Assembly (NCBI GenBank): GCA_016929555.1 | Contig: JAFGIO010000080.1 | Span: 1-62,370 of the forward strand | Source of the DNA: Deltaproteobacteria bacterium | GTDB lineage: Bacteria > Desulfobacterota > Syntrophia > Syntrophales > JAFGIO01 | Length of the DNA: 62,370 bases | Reading direction: 5' to 3' | In this document: positions 30,019-39,369 of the stretch, one piece after another | Layout of the letters: every line of letters begins with the position of its first letter | Numbering within the stretch: position 1 is the first letter of the stretch | Made by a program: the position numbers and the translations under genes | The notes under the pieces: model-generated | What the model saw: the letters and a program-made list of their open reading frames with translations, nothing else | What the model was told of the DNA's origin: nothing | The model's database searches: none

Positions 30019-31815
30019 TCAGCTTGAATCGGATTTCAGGACTGCCAGAAAGGCGCTCTGGGGGATGCTCACGGCGCCGATCATCTTCATCCGCTTCTTC
30101 CCCTTTTTCTGCTTCTCCAGGAGCTTTCGCTTCCGCGTGATGTCGCCGCCGTAGCACTTCGCCGTCACGTCCTTCCGGAAGGGAGAAATCGTAGTCCGTG
30201 AGATGATCTCGCCGCCGACGGCGCCCTGGATGGCGATCTTGAAGAGCTGCCTCGGAATTTCCTCCTTCAGCCGCTCGCAGGCCTGAAGCCCCCGTGCTCG
30301 AGCACGGTCGCGATGGACGATCTGGGAGAGGGCGTCCACCTTTTCGCCGTTGACCAGAATGTCCAAAAGGACGAGGTTGCCGGGCCGGTAATCGGTCAGA
30401 TCGTAATCGAAGGAGCCGTAGCCTTGGGTGACGGACTTGAAGCGGTCATAGAAATCGAAGAGGATCTCGGAAAGAGGCATCTCATAGGTCAGCTCGGCCC
30501 GGCTCGGACTGGGATAGTGGAGTGACGAGTTGATCCCTCGCTTTTCCATGCAGAGTTTCATCACCGAACCGAGATAGCGTTCCGGCATCATCATTGAGGA
30601 CCGGATGTAGGGCTCCTCGGAGAGGACGATGGAGGCGGGATCGGGATAGTGGGTCGGGTTGTCCACCTCGATCACGGTGCCGTCCTTCAGGGTAAAACGG
30701 TAGCGGACACTGGGCACGGAAAGGATGATAGACAGGTCGTATTCCCGTTCGAGCCGCTCTTGAACCACTTCGAGGTGCAGCAGGCCCAGGAAGCCGCAGC
30801 GGAAACCCTGGCCGAGGGCAGCCGAAGAGTCCTTCTCGTAGATGAAGGAGGCGTCATTGAGTTTGTACTTTTCAAGGGAGACGGCGAGGTCCTCGTAATC
30901 GTCCGAGGCAATGGGATACACGGATGCGAAGACTACGGGCTTGACTTCCTTGAAGCCCGGCAGAGTGGTTGTGCATGGCCTGGCGTCCAGGGTGATCGTG
31001 TCCCCGGTTCGGACGTCGGATATTGTCTTGAGACCGGCGATGATGTAGCCGACCTCTCCGGCGGTGAGCCTATCCCTCTTTTGGCGGGACAGGAGGAAAT
31101 GTCCGACCTCCTCGACCTTGTAGGCGGCGCTGTTGGACAGGAAGCGGATCACATCGCCGGCCTTCACGGACCCGTCGAAGATACGGCAATGGATGATCGT
31201 GCCGCGGAAGGCGTCGTAGTGGGCGTCGAAGATCAGTGCGGACAGCGATGCATCCCTGTAGCCGCCGGGTGGAGGTATCCTCTGGACGATGGCCTCCAGG
31301 ACTTCCTCGATGCCGGTCCCTTCCTTGGCGGAACAGGCGAGGTGGCCTTCCGGATCGAGACCCAGTTCCGTTTCGATCTGTTTAAGCACCCGGGGAAGAT
31401 CCGCCGAGGGCAGATCGATCTTGTTGATAACGGGGATGATCTCCAGGTTGTGCTCCATCGCCATGTAGAGGTTCGCCAAAGTCTGGGCCTGGACGCCCTG
31501 GGCGGCGTCGATCAGAAGGAGCACCCCCTCGCAGGAGGCGAGCGACCGCGATACCTCGTAGGAAAAATCGACATGGCCCGGCGTGTCGATGAGGTTCAAC
31601 GTATAATCCTGACCATTCTTCGCACGGTAGGGGAGGGCAACGGCCTGGCTCTTGATGGTGATCCCCCGCTCCCGTTCGATGTCCATATTGTCGAGGATCT
31701 GCTCCTGGAAATTACGGTCCGTGCAGACGCCCGTGTACTGGATCAGACGGTCCGCCAGGGTAGATTTCCCATGATCGATATGGGCGATGATGCTGAAGTT
31801 TCTGATATTGTCCAT
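30019..31815 (-). CDS. lepA: translation elongation factor 4
   Basis: MDNIRNFSIIAHIDHGKSTL, DTPGHVDF and NKID motifs, plus the LepA-specific C-terminus. Start set at M15 of the ORF. Confidence 0.95.
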   Translation of the reverse strand: MDNIRNFSIIAHIDHGKSTLADRLIQYTGVCTDRNFQEQILDNMDIERERGITIKSQAVALPYRAKNGQDYTLNLIDTPGHVDFSYEVSRSLASCEGVLLLIDAAQGVQAQTLANLYMAMEHNLEIIPVINKIDLPSADLPRVLKQIETELGLDPEGHLACSAKEGTGIEEVLEAIVQRIPPPGGYRDASLSALIFDAHYDAFRGTIIHCRIFDGSVKAGDVIRFLSNSAAYKVEEVGHFLLSRQKRDRLTAGEVGYIIAGLKTISDVRTGDTITLDARPCTTTLPGFKEVKPVVFASVYPIASDDYEDLAVSLEKYKLNDASFIYEKDSSAALGQGFRCGFLGLLHLEVVQERLEREYDLSIILSVPSVRYRFTLKDGTVIEVDNPTHYPDPASIVLSEEPYIRSSMMMPERYLGSVMKLCMEKRGINSSLHYPSPSRAELTYEMPLSEILFDFYDRFKSVTQGYGSFDYDLTDYRPGNLVLLDILVNGEKVDALSQIVHRDRARARGLQACERLKEEIPRQLFKIAIQGAVGGEIISRTTISPFRKDVTAKCYGGDITRKRKLLEKQKKGKKRMKMIGAVSIPQSAFLAVLKSDSS

Positions 31816-31911
31816 CAGGATTTGACGCATCTTCTCCTTGCCGGCTCTCCGGACCATGAAAAAAGCCCTCCGGTGATGCAGGAAGGCTTTTAAATCGTCA
31901 GGGCAAAGTTT

Positions 31912-32586
31912 CTAACTCAGTTTTTTGATGAGGTCTTCGGAAACCTCCTTGACGCCGGGCAGGCCGTCCAGTTCGATAACCTTCACCCGATCCTTGAAGT
32001 ACTTCACGGCGGAAAGCGTGCCCGTCTCCGCATCGTAATAGATGCCGTGGCGCTTGTCGATGGCGTCCTCGTCCTGGTCGTCGGCCCGGGTCGTGAGCCT
32101 GTCGTCGCCGCAGACCCGGCAGACCATCTTGCCGTCCTTCATGGACGGCTTGATGGCATCGATAAAGATATTGTTCGGGTGGTTGTTGTCGGTGGCGCAC
32201 AACCGCCGGCCCATGATCCGCTTCTTGGAGGTTTCCCTGTCGAGGACGATCTCGATGACGTAATCCAGCTTCATCTTCGCCTTCTCGAGGGCAGCCCAGA
32301 TGGCCTCGGCCTGGGCGAGATTGCGGGGAAATCCGTCGAGGAGCCAGCCCTTGGCACAGTCCGGCTCCTTCAGGCGGTCAAGGATCATGGGAACGGTGAT
32401 GTCGTCGGGCACAAGTTCACCCTTGTCGATATAGCCCTTGGCCTTCTTTCCCAGTTCCGTTCCCTTTTTGATGTTCTCCCGGAAGATGACCCCCGTTTCG
32501 ATGTGGGGGACGGCGAATTTCTTCTGAACAACGGCCCCCTGCGTTCCCTTGCCGCTGCCGTTCGGCCCGAAAATGATGATGTTCAT
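31912..32586 (-). CDS. adk: adenylate kinase
   Basis: P-loop GPNGSGKGTQ, then DGFPR and a long LID region. The first CxxC pair is replaced (CATD...CRVCG). Confidence 0.92.
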   Translation of the reverse strand: MNIIIFGPNGSGKGTQGAVVQKKFAVPHIETGVIFRENIKKGTELGKKAKGYIDKGELVPDDITVPMILDRLKEPDCAKGWLLDGFPRNLAQAEAIWAALEKAKMKLDYVIEIVLDRETSKKRIMGRRLCATDNNHPNNIFIDAIKPSMKDGKMVCRVCGDDRLTTRADDQDEDAIDKRHGIYYDAETGTLSAVKYFKDRVKVIELDGLPGVKEVSEDLIKKLS

Positions 32587-32683
32587 ACGTAAGAACTCCT
32601 TTCAAGTGGTGCGGTGATGGTTGTCGGAACCCGGGGATGCTCTATATATCAAACGTGACGACCTGTCACGAAATTTATATGCC

Positions 32684-32893
32684 TCAGGTGGTGCCGCAGG
32701 AGGTGGCCGCACAGGTATTGCAGCCTCCGCCCGAGGAGGCGTTGCCGAACTTCCCGCCGAAGGTGGACATCAGTTTCTTGGTCCTTTTGGAGTTGCAGAC
32801 CGGGCAGGCGACCTTCACTTTGTCGTCCCGGGAGGTGAAGAGCGCCTCAAATACGTTCTTGCACTTGCTGCATTCGAATTCATAGATGGGCAT
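32684..32893 (-). CDS. FmdB-family zinc-ribbon protein (CxxC_CxxC_SSSS)
   Basis: MPIYEFECSKC...CPVC, with a Gly/Ser/Cys-rich C-terminus. Confidence 0.8.
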   Translation of the reverse strand: MPIYEFECSKCKNVFEALFTSRDDKVKVACPVCNSKRTKKLMSTFGGKFGNASSGGGCNTCAATSCGTT

Positions 32894-32920
32894 CGCTCAA
32901 TTTCCTTTCATTCCTTATGC

Positions 32921-32985
32921 CCTCGTAAAAAGATTTCATTCCCGCTCATGCGGGAACACCGTCGTTTTTCCGACTTATTACGAGG
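32921..32985. repeat. REP-like element, copy c, nested in an outer inverted repeat
   Basis: Inner hairpin TTCCCGC-TCAT-GCGGGAA at 32939-32956. It is flanked by CCTCGTAA (32921-28) and TTACGAGG (32978-85). Confidence 0.55.
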
Positions 32986-33115
32986 CCGTCATTCAGGGTC
33001 ATTGTCGTTTTTTGCCGTTGTAAATTCAGCCAACCTATAGTAACCATAACGGGCAATTTGTCAAGGCTTCCCCTTGATTTTGCTTTAAGACTTCATAGGC
33101 AGGAAGGAGCCTCGC

Positions 33116-34303
33116 ATGGCCATTGCGGAAAAGATCGGCCAATCCATCAACAAGGCCTCATGGATACGGAAGATGTTCGAGGAAGGCGTCCTGATGAAGC
33201 AGAAGTACGGCGCCGAAAGTGTCTACGATTTCAGCCTCGGGAACCCAAATGTCGAGCCGCCGGAACATTTCAAGAAGCTGCTGCGCACCGTTGCGGCCCA
33301 GGAGGTCCCCAACAAGCACGGCTATATGCCGAATGCGGGCATGCCGGAGGCGCGGGTCGCTGTCGCCGCCCAGTTGAACCGGCAGCAGGACTCGCCGATG
33401 CTCACGGCGGAACACGTCATTATGACCTGCGGGGCCGCCGGCGGCCTGAACGTCGTTCTCAAGACTCTGCTCAACCCCGGCGAAGAGGTGATCATCCCCA
33501 AGCCGCTCTTCGCGGAGTACCCCTTCTACGTCGACAACCACGGCGGGGTTTCGACGCTCGTTTCGACACGGCCCGATTTTTTTCTGGACGTGGATGCCAT
33601 CGCCTCGGCGATCAACGAACGGACGAAGGTGATCCTTATCAACTCGCCTAACAACCCCTCCGGCCGGGTTTACGACGAGACGTCCATCCAGGGGCTCGCC
33701 TCAATCATCGAAGAAAAAAGCAGTGCCTTGAAAAGGGACATTTATCTCGCCTCCGATGAACCCTACCGTGAAATCGTTTACGACGGTGTGAAGGTGCCCA
33801 GCATCCTCAAGGCTTGCAAAAACGGCATCGTAGTAAGTTCCTATTCCAAAAGCCTTTCCCTGCCAGGGGAGCGGATCGGCTATATCGCCGTCCATCCCGA
33901 ACTTCCCGATCTCGATGCCGCCCTTGGCGGCATGGTCCTGTGCAACCGCATCCTCGGCTTTGTCAACGCGCCTGCCTTGATGCAGCGGATCGTCAAGGAT
34001 CTGCAGGGGGTGCAGGTCGATGTGGCCGAGTACAAGAGAAAACGCGATTTGATCTACGACGGCTTGATTGCCATGGGCTACGAAGCGACCAGGCCGGAAG
34101 GGGCCTTCTATCTCTTTCCCAAAAGCCCCATCGCCGATGATGTTGCCTTCGTCCGCGCCCTCCAGAAGCGCCGGATTTTGACCACCCCCGGCAGCGGTTT
34201 CGGTGTGCCGGGATACTTCCGAATTGCCTATTGCGTAGACGACGCCACCATCGTGAACGCCATGAACGGATTCGAGGAGACGCTGCGCGAATTCAAAAAA
34301 TAA
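33116..34303 (+). CDS. class I/II pyridoxal-phosphate-dependent aminotransferase
   Basis: INSPNNPSG and the PLP-lysine region SYSKSLSLPGERIGY. Confidence 0.9.
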   Translation: MAIAEKIGQSINKASWIRKMFEEGVLMKQKYGAESVYDFSLGNPNVEPPEHFKKLLRTVAAQEVPNKHGYMPNAGMPEARVAVAAQLNRQQDSPMLTAEHVIMTCGAAGGLNVVLKTLLNPGEEVIIPKPLFAEYPFYVDNHGGVSTLVSTRPDFFLDVDAIASAINERTKVILINSPNNPSGRVYDETSIQGLASIIEEKSSALKRDIYLASDEPYREIVYDGVKVPSILKACKNGIVVSSYSKSLSLPGERIGYIAVHPELPDLDAALGGMVLCNRILGFVNAPALMQRIVKDLQGVQVDVAEYKRKRDLIYDGLIAMGYEATRPEGAFYLFPKSPIADDVAFVRALQKRRILTTPGSGFGVPGYFRIAYCVDDATIVNAMNGFEETLREFKK

Positions 34304-34378
34304 CTTTTGAGTCATTCCCCTGCAGCCTACCCGGTGAAAACGGGTAATTTAGCAATATTGTTAATATTATTACAATTT

Positions 34379-34405
34379 GTCATTCCCGCGAAAGCGGGAA
34401 TCCAG
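34379..34405. repeat. REP-like element, canonical copy d
   Basis: GTCATTCCCGCGAAAGCGGGAATCCAG. It translates as VIPAKAGIQ, SFPRKRES or RFRGNDK depending on frame. A second hairpin, TACCCG-GTGAAAA-CGGGTA, lies at 34329-34347. Confidence 0.75.
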
Positions 34406-34427
34406 TTTTAACATTGAGGAGACTTTG

Positions 34428-36389
34428 ATGAAATCACTGGAACACCTATTGGCACCCATCCGGATCAACTCCCTGGAAATCCCCAACCGCGTGGTCATGG
34501 CGCCCATGGCAACCGTCTTCGGCAACATGGACAGCACGGTCAGCGAGGCCAATCTGGCCTATATGAAACGCCGAGCCCAGGGAGGCGCCGGACTCATCTT
34601 CACGGAGGCCGTCGAGGTTCATCCTTTGGGATCGGCTGCGCCCCAGTGCCTGGCCATCTGGGACGACAGCTTCATTTCGGGATTGAGCAGGCTGGCCGGT
34701 GTCGTCCACGCCGAGGGCGGCAAGATCGCTCTACAGCTCCACCACACGGGTCGAGAAAACGTCCTACTGCAGATGCAGAACAAGGCCGTCGGTCCCTCCG
34801 CTGTGCCGAGCCACGTCTTCGGCTTTCTCGGCGCGCCGCGGGAGATGACCCTGGAGGAAATCCAAGAAACCATCGCCGCCTTTGGTTCTGCAGCCATGAG
34901 GGCTAAGGAAGCGGGATTCGACATGGTAGAGCTTCACGGCGCCCATGGCTACCTCCTCATGGAGTTCCTGTCCGCCCACAGCAACATACGAACGGATCAA
35001 TATGGCGGAGCGGACATCCGGGCAAGGTCCCGGTTCATCATCGAATGTATTGAAGAGGTCCGGCGACGCGTGGGGAAAGATTATCCGGTGTCGATCCGCA
35101 TCTCTGGAGACGAGGGCATCAAGGGCGGCTACACGATCGACGATATGGTTACCGTCGTGCCGAGTTTCGTCATGGCGGGCATTGACGTTGTTCACGTCTC
35201 CTTCGGCACCTACGCCAACCCCAAGATCACGATCGACGAGCCGAGCGGCTGCGCGCCCGTGGAGTACCCCTCGGGGTTCAAGGCCCACCTGGCCAGACGG
35301 ATCAAAGCTGTCGTTAATGTTCCCGTCATCTCTGTCGGCCGATACACGGACCCCTTCGCCATGGACGAGGTGATCGCCAGGGGAGATGCGGATATGATCA
35401 CCGTAGGGAGGCAGCACCTCGCCGATCCCGACTTTCTGAAGAATGCCCGTGAGGGCCACCCGGAAGACACCCTGGAGTGCCTGGCCTGCAATCAGGGGTG
35501 CATCGAGCGCCTTGCACTGGAGCAGATGCCGATCCGCTGTGCCATCAATCCGCAAACAGGTCAGGAATTGATCTATCCGGACGGTCCCGCAGCCAAAAGC
35601 CAAACCGTCTGGGTTATCGGCGGCGGTCCCGGCGGTCTTACCGCAGCATATGAGGCAGCGCGTCTCGGGCATAAGGTTACCCTTTTCGAGAGGGAAAAGG
35701 AGACGGGAGGCAATGTGAACTATGCCGCCAAGGCGCCTTATAAAGGCGTCTACGGTAAGTTCATCCGGACCCTGACGGGAAAATGCATCAAGCGGGGAGT
35801 GACGATCGAGACCGGAACGGAAGTCACCGAGGCCATGATCGAGGCCGGCCAGCCCGATGTCGTTATTCTGGCTATAGGTGCCGGAAAGACCGCCTGTCCT
35901 GCTGAAGGTGTCGATAGTGCCGTAGTCTGCGACGCCTGGCAGATCCTGGACGGCGAGGTTGCGCCCAGGGACCATGTCGTGGTCATAGGCGGCGGTCTCG
36001 TGGGCATGGAAACGGCGGATTTCCTCAGGGAAAAGAACGTCCAGGACATCACCGTCGTCGAAATGCTCGACTCCTCTCCCGTCCAGACGGCGGCCGCCCA
36101 CGGCTTCATGCTGCACAGGCGCCTGAGGGCGGAAGGCGTGAAACTGATGTTCGGCACAACGGTGAAACGCATCGAAGAGGGAGCGGTGACCGTGACCAAA
36201 GGCGGCGAGGACATCAAACTCGAACCCGTGAGCCAGGTCATCATTGCCATCGGCGTCACATCCCGCAACGACCTCAAGGACATGCTGCAACGGAAAGGAA
36301 TTCGCCATTTCGTTATAGGCGACGCCGCCACCCCACGCCGGATCATCGAGGCCACCACGGAGGGCGCCAAGGCCGCCTGGGACATATGA
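34428..36389 (+). CDS. NADH:flavin oxidoreductase, OYE family with C-terminal FAD/NAD(P) domain (2,4-dienoyl-CoA reductase-like)
   Basis: OYE N-terminal region IPNRVVMAPM, Fe-S Cys motif CLACNQGC...C, and the Rossmann motifs VIGGGPGG and VIGGGLVG. I chose the ATG at 34428, 6 nt after GAGGAG. The upstream codons are REP sequence. Confidence 0.9.
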   Translation: MKSLEHLLAPIRINSLEIPNRVVMAPMATVFGNMDSTVSEANLAYMKRRAQGGAGLIFTEAVEVHPLGSAAPQCLAIWDDSFISGLSRLAGVVHAEGGKIALQLHHTGRENVLLQMQNKAVGPSAVPSHVFGFLGAPREMTLEEIQETIAAFGSAAMRAKEAGFDMVELHGAHGYLLMEFLSAHSNIRTDQYGGADIRARSRFIIECIEEVRRRVGKDYPVSIRISGDEGIKGGYTIDDMVTVVPSFVMAGIDVVHVSFGTYANPKITIDEPSGCAPVEYPSGFKAHLARRIKAVVNVPVISVGRYTDPFAMDEVIARGDADMITVGRQHLADPDFLKNAREGHPEDTLECLACNQGCIERLALEQMPIRCAINPQTGQELIYPDGPAAKSQTVWVIGGGPGGLTAAYEAARLGHKVTLFEREKETGGNVNYAAKAPYKGVYGKFIRTLTGKCIKRGVTIETGTEVTEAMIEAGQPDVVILAIGAGKTACPAEGVDSAVVCDAWQILDGEVAPRDHVVVIGGGLVGMETADFLREKNVQDITVVEMLDSSPVQTAAAHGFMLHRRLRAEGVKLMFGTTVKRIEEGAVTVTKGGEDIKLEPVSQVIIAIGVTSRNDLKDMLQRKGIRHFVIGDAATPRRIIEATTEGAKAAWDI

Positions 36390-36928
36390 CGAGAGATAAT
36401 AATTTATGGTGCTCTTCAGTAGGCCTGTCGCTAAAGAAACTACTATTTAGTATTGATTTTAAAAGGATGCTAATGCAATAATAAGTACCGTGCCGAGATG
36501 TATGAAGCAATAACATGTTGATTTCATGGACTTAATACAGGTCATATGGGCCGAAAGATTTATATATACTTGCAATCGCGACCATCTCGCAATGCCACTC
36601 GACATATTAAGAACATATCATGAGCTTTGTGATGGAACGGGTGTTAAACATACGCTTGGCGACGTGTAGAACGTAGAACCCTTCGCTGCATCCGATCACA
36701 GCACTCAGGGCTGCTCAGGGTGAGATTTACAATGGCGTAAACGCTACGCGTCACGTCATCGGCATTGTGGATCGCCATCCGCTTTCAGTCCAGGCGCGCT
36801 ACGCCGGGCCATCAAGCACCTACAGCGGCCAGCCTTCCTTGCGAGTCAGTCCGACGCTGATCCGCGACGCAGTTCGGTACGGATAAATGGTGAATGAAAA
36901 AACCCAAGGGTTGAGGAGATTGTTATTT

Positions 36929-37807
36929 ATGGATATCCCAAAATTTCATGAAACGTTTGTTCCTATTCTTGAAACACTTGCTGATGGCCAAACGATCCAA
37001 CATAAGGAACTACTCAATATGATCGTGAAAAAGTACTATTCACAATTGCCAAAGGAATTGTTGGAGAAGAAAACGAAAACCGGCGACCTTCTAATCCTCA
37101 ACAGGATAGCCTGGGGGAAGTCATACCTGAAAAAAGCAGGATACATTCACTATCCGCAGAGGGGCGCTGTACAAATAACCCAGAAGGGGAAAGAGGTTAA
37201 TAAAGATAAGGTCAATTTGAAGGATATTATAAGCGAATCAGGCATATTCAATTTCTACAAGGAAGAAAAAGCAAAAGAATTGGAAGATTTGGAAATGAAA
37301 GGATCATCGCCTCAAGACTTGATTGAGACCGGCTTCTCAGCGATTGAAGCTCAAGTAAAAGCCGAACTGCTTGATAAGCTTAAGACCATCGATCCATTCT
37401 ACTTCGAAAGGGTTATCCTCACATTGCTGGGCAAAATGGGCTATGGCGAATCCATCGAAACGTCGAAAACAGGCGATGGTGGAATTGATGGAATAATAAA
37501 CCAGGATAAGTTGGGACTGGAAAAAATCTATATTCAAGCAAAAAGGTATAATGAAAATAAAATCAGAGAAAAAGAAATTCGGAATTTTATAGGAGCCATG
37601 AGTGGCGATACCACAAAAGGCGTATTTGTGACCACCTCTGAATTTGACCAGCAAGCAATCAAAAAAGCCCATGATGCGCACCATACGATTATTCTAATCG
37701 ATGGAAAGAAGTTGGTTGATCTTTTGTATCAATATAGTGTTGGAGTGCAGGTTCAAAATACCTATGAAGTGAAAGCCGTTGATGACAATGTCTTTGAAAC
37801 AAATTGA
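36929..37807 (+). CDS. mrr: Mrr-family type IV (modification-dependent) restriction endonuclease
   Basis: N-terminal winged-helix Mrr_N-like region and a C-terminal catalytic core, DGGIDGI...IYIQAKRY. The gene is AT-rich relative to its flanks. Confidence 0.87.
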   Translation: MDIPKFHETFVPILETLADGQTIQHKELLNMIVKKYYSQLPKELLEKKTKTGDLLILNRIAWGKSYLKKAGYIHYPQRGAVQITQKGKEVNKDKVNLKDIISESGIFNFYKEEKAKELEDLEMKGSSPQDLIETGFSAIEAQVKAELLDKLKTIDPFYFERVILTLLGKMGYGESIETSKTGDGGIDGIINQDKLGLEKIYIQAKRYNENKIREKEIRNFIGAMSGDTTKGVFVTTSEFDQQAIKKAHDAHHTIILIDGKKLVDLLYQYSVGVQVQNTYEVKAVDDNVFETN

Positions 37808-37968
37808 TGAAAAGCACTCTTCCGAGCAATAATTCCACGGTACACGGCAGAATATCAGACTGCTTTCATTCCGTTTACTGGCTTTCGTTCTTTTGTAGGG
37901 TCCGTATTTCGCTTGTCAGGCCGTGCCCGTGAATTCGTCGTTTCAAGAGTAAGCCGATTTCAAAACAT

Positions 37969-38271
37969 ATGGATACTGATGATCTGACAGAAATGACTTA
38001 CGAGATAATCACGCGAGCAGGCGATGTACTTGATGTGTTAAGCAACGAGATTGGGGCGTCTGACTCTGACAAAAAGACGGAAGAAGATTTCCTTCGCGAC
38101 GTTTTGTCTCATCTCCGCAAAATACAAAAACCGAGAGAGTATCTTGATTGGAATTATCTTGATCAGATTGATGTTAGGGTATTCTATAATGAGGTCGCTA
38201 GACTTTTAGCTCATGTGGAAATAATCTCCGACACTCCTTACAGACAGAGAGGTAAGCCGGCATTAAAATGA
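37969..38271 (+). CDS. hypothetical acidic 100-aa protein
   Basis: The only support is an uninterrupted ORF between mrr and the methyltransferase. I recognised no motif and saw no clear RBS. Confidence 0.4.
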   Translation: MDTDDLTEMTYEIITRAGDVLDVLSNEIGASDSDKKTEEDFLRDVLSHLRKIQKPREYLDWNYLDQIDVRVFYNEVARLLAHVEIISDTPYRQRGKPALK

Positions 38272-38394
38272 CATTTTCAAGATGAAAAAGAGCAAGAGGG
38301 GACACGTTTATGGTTGGTTCCGAGTTGGTTCCGGGGACAGGATACATAATGCCGCCCACACTCATGGCCCACTGGTCTGCCTTTGCGTGATAGT

Positions 38395-39303
38395 ATGGAG
38401 ACATCAGTACACAGGCTGATCAACGATGACGAGCGGGAACTTGCATATCTGGATGATGCTTCGGCTCATCTTGTCGTCACATCCCCTCCATACTGGAACC
38501 TGAAACGCTATAACGAAAACCAGGACCAGCTTGGCCATATTCAGGATTATGAAGAGTTTCTTTTCGAACTGGAGAAAGTCTGGAGGCATGTCTACAGAAT
38601 CCTTGTTCCAGGAGGAAGGCTTGTCTGCGTAGTCGGCGATGTCTGCGTCGCAAGGCGGGATTTTGGTCGTCATCTCGTCTTTCCCCTTCATGCCGACATT
38701 TGCGTCATCTGTCGGAGGATCGGCTTCGACAACCTGAATCCCATCATCTGGCACAAGATCGCAAACGCTTCCTACGAGGTCGAAAATGGATCGAAGTTTC
38801 TCGGAAAGCCTTATGAGCCGAACGCCATCATCAAAAACGACATGGAATTCATCTTGATGCAGCGAAAACCGGGCGGCTACCGGAAGCCGAACAATCGGCA
38901 GCGAGATGCCAGCAGGATCGAAAAAAGCTCCTTTGACCGATGGTTTCAGCAGATATGGAACATAACGGGCGCATCTACCAGGCATCACCCGGCCCCATTT
39001 CCCCTGGAACTGGCCAATCGGCTTGTCCGCATGTTTTCATTCACGGAAGACACCGTTCTGGACCCCTTCTGCGGCTCCGGTACCACGATGATCGCCGCAC
39101 TGCGGGCCGGACGCAACAGCATTGGGATTGAGATCGATTCAGAATATTGTCGCCTGGCCGCCCGTTATCTCAAAGCGGAGACGTCCGATCTGTTTACAAA
39201 AGCTGAGCTTCGATTCGAAAGGGCACCAACGGAGACAGCCGCGTTCGTGAAAGAAGATTCCGCCCTGTATGAAGTCAGGCCGTCCAAGAACAAACTCGAA
39301 TAA
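38395..39303 (+). CDS. DNA methyltransferase, N4/N6 beta-class (SPPY catalytic motif)
   Basis: Motif IV, VVTSPPYW, comes before motif I, DPFCGSGTT. That is beta-class order. The ATG at 38395 is preferred over the TTG at 38383. Confidence 0.87.
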   Translation: METSVHRLINDDERELAYLDDASAHLVVTSPPYWNLKRYNENQDQLGHIQDYEEFLFELEKVWRHVYRILVPGGRLVCVVGDVCVARRDFGRHLVFPLHADICVICRRIGFDNLNPIIWHKIANASYEVENGSKFLGKPYEPNAIIKNDMEFILMQRKPGGYRKPNNRQRDASRIEKSSFDRWFQQIWNITGASTRHHPAPFPLELANRLVRMFSFTEDTVLDPFCGSGTTMIAALRAGRNSIGIEIDSEYCRLAARYLKAETSDLFTKAELRFERAPTETAAFVKEDSALYEVRPSKNKLE

Positions 39304-39369
39304 ATAACCAGGGCCGCTATCAACATAAATAACGGGAGCGAACCCTATACGGAATGAAGGCAAGCGAAA

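Noticed and set aside
30002-30157. 52-codon N-terminal extension of hemW (MLRRRHHAEAKAPGEAEKGEE...).
   Set aside because: It overlaps the 3' end of lepA in another frame and is low-complexity. The radical SAM domain begins right after the internal Met at 30001.
30649-31893. A 414-aa plus-strand ORF.
   Set aside because: It is antisense to lepA, which is unambiguous from its GTPase motifs. The same reasoning removes 59178-60248 (antisense to ligA), 23570-24451 (nfeD), 13830-14627 (lptA), 51252-52115 and 52188-52937 (FmdE fusion), 33701-34315 (aminotransferase) and 38404-38988 (methyltransferase).
34377-34427. MSFPRKRESSFNIEETL extension of the OYE-like ORF, and the antisense ORF 34370-34552.
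   Set aside because: These are translations of the REP-like palindrome GTCATTCCCGCGAAAGCGGGAATCCAG. The true start at 34428 has a GAGGAG RBS.
34764-36308. A 514-aa ORF on the minus strand.
   Set aside because: It is entirely antisense to the well-supported OYE/FadH-like gene. Its Arg/Gly/His/Asp-rich composition has no motifs, which is typical of shadow ORFs in GC-biased coding DNA.
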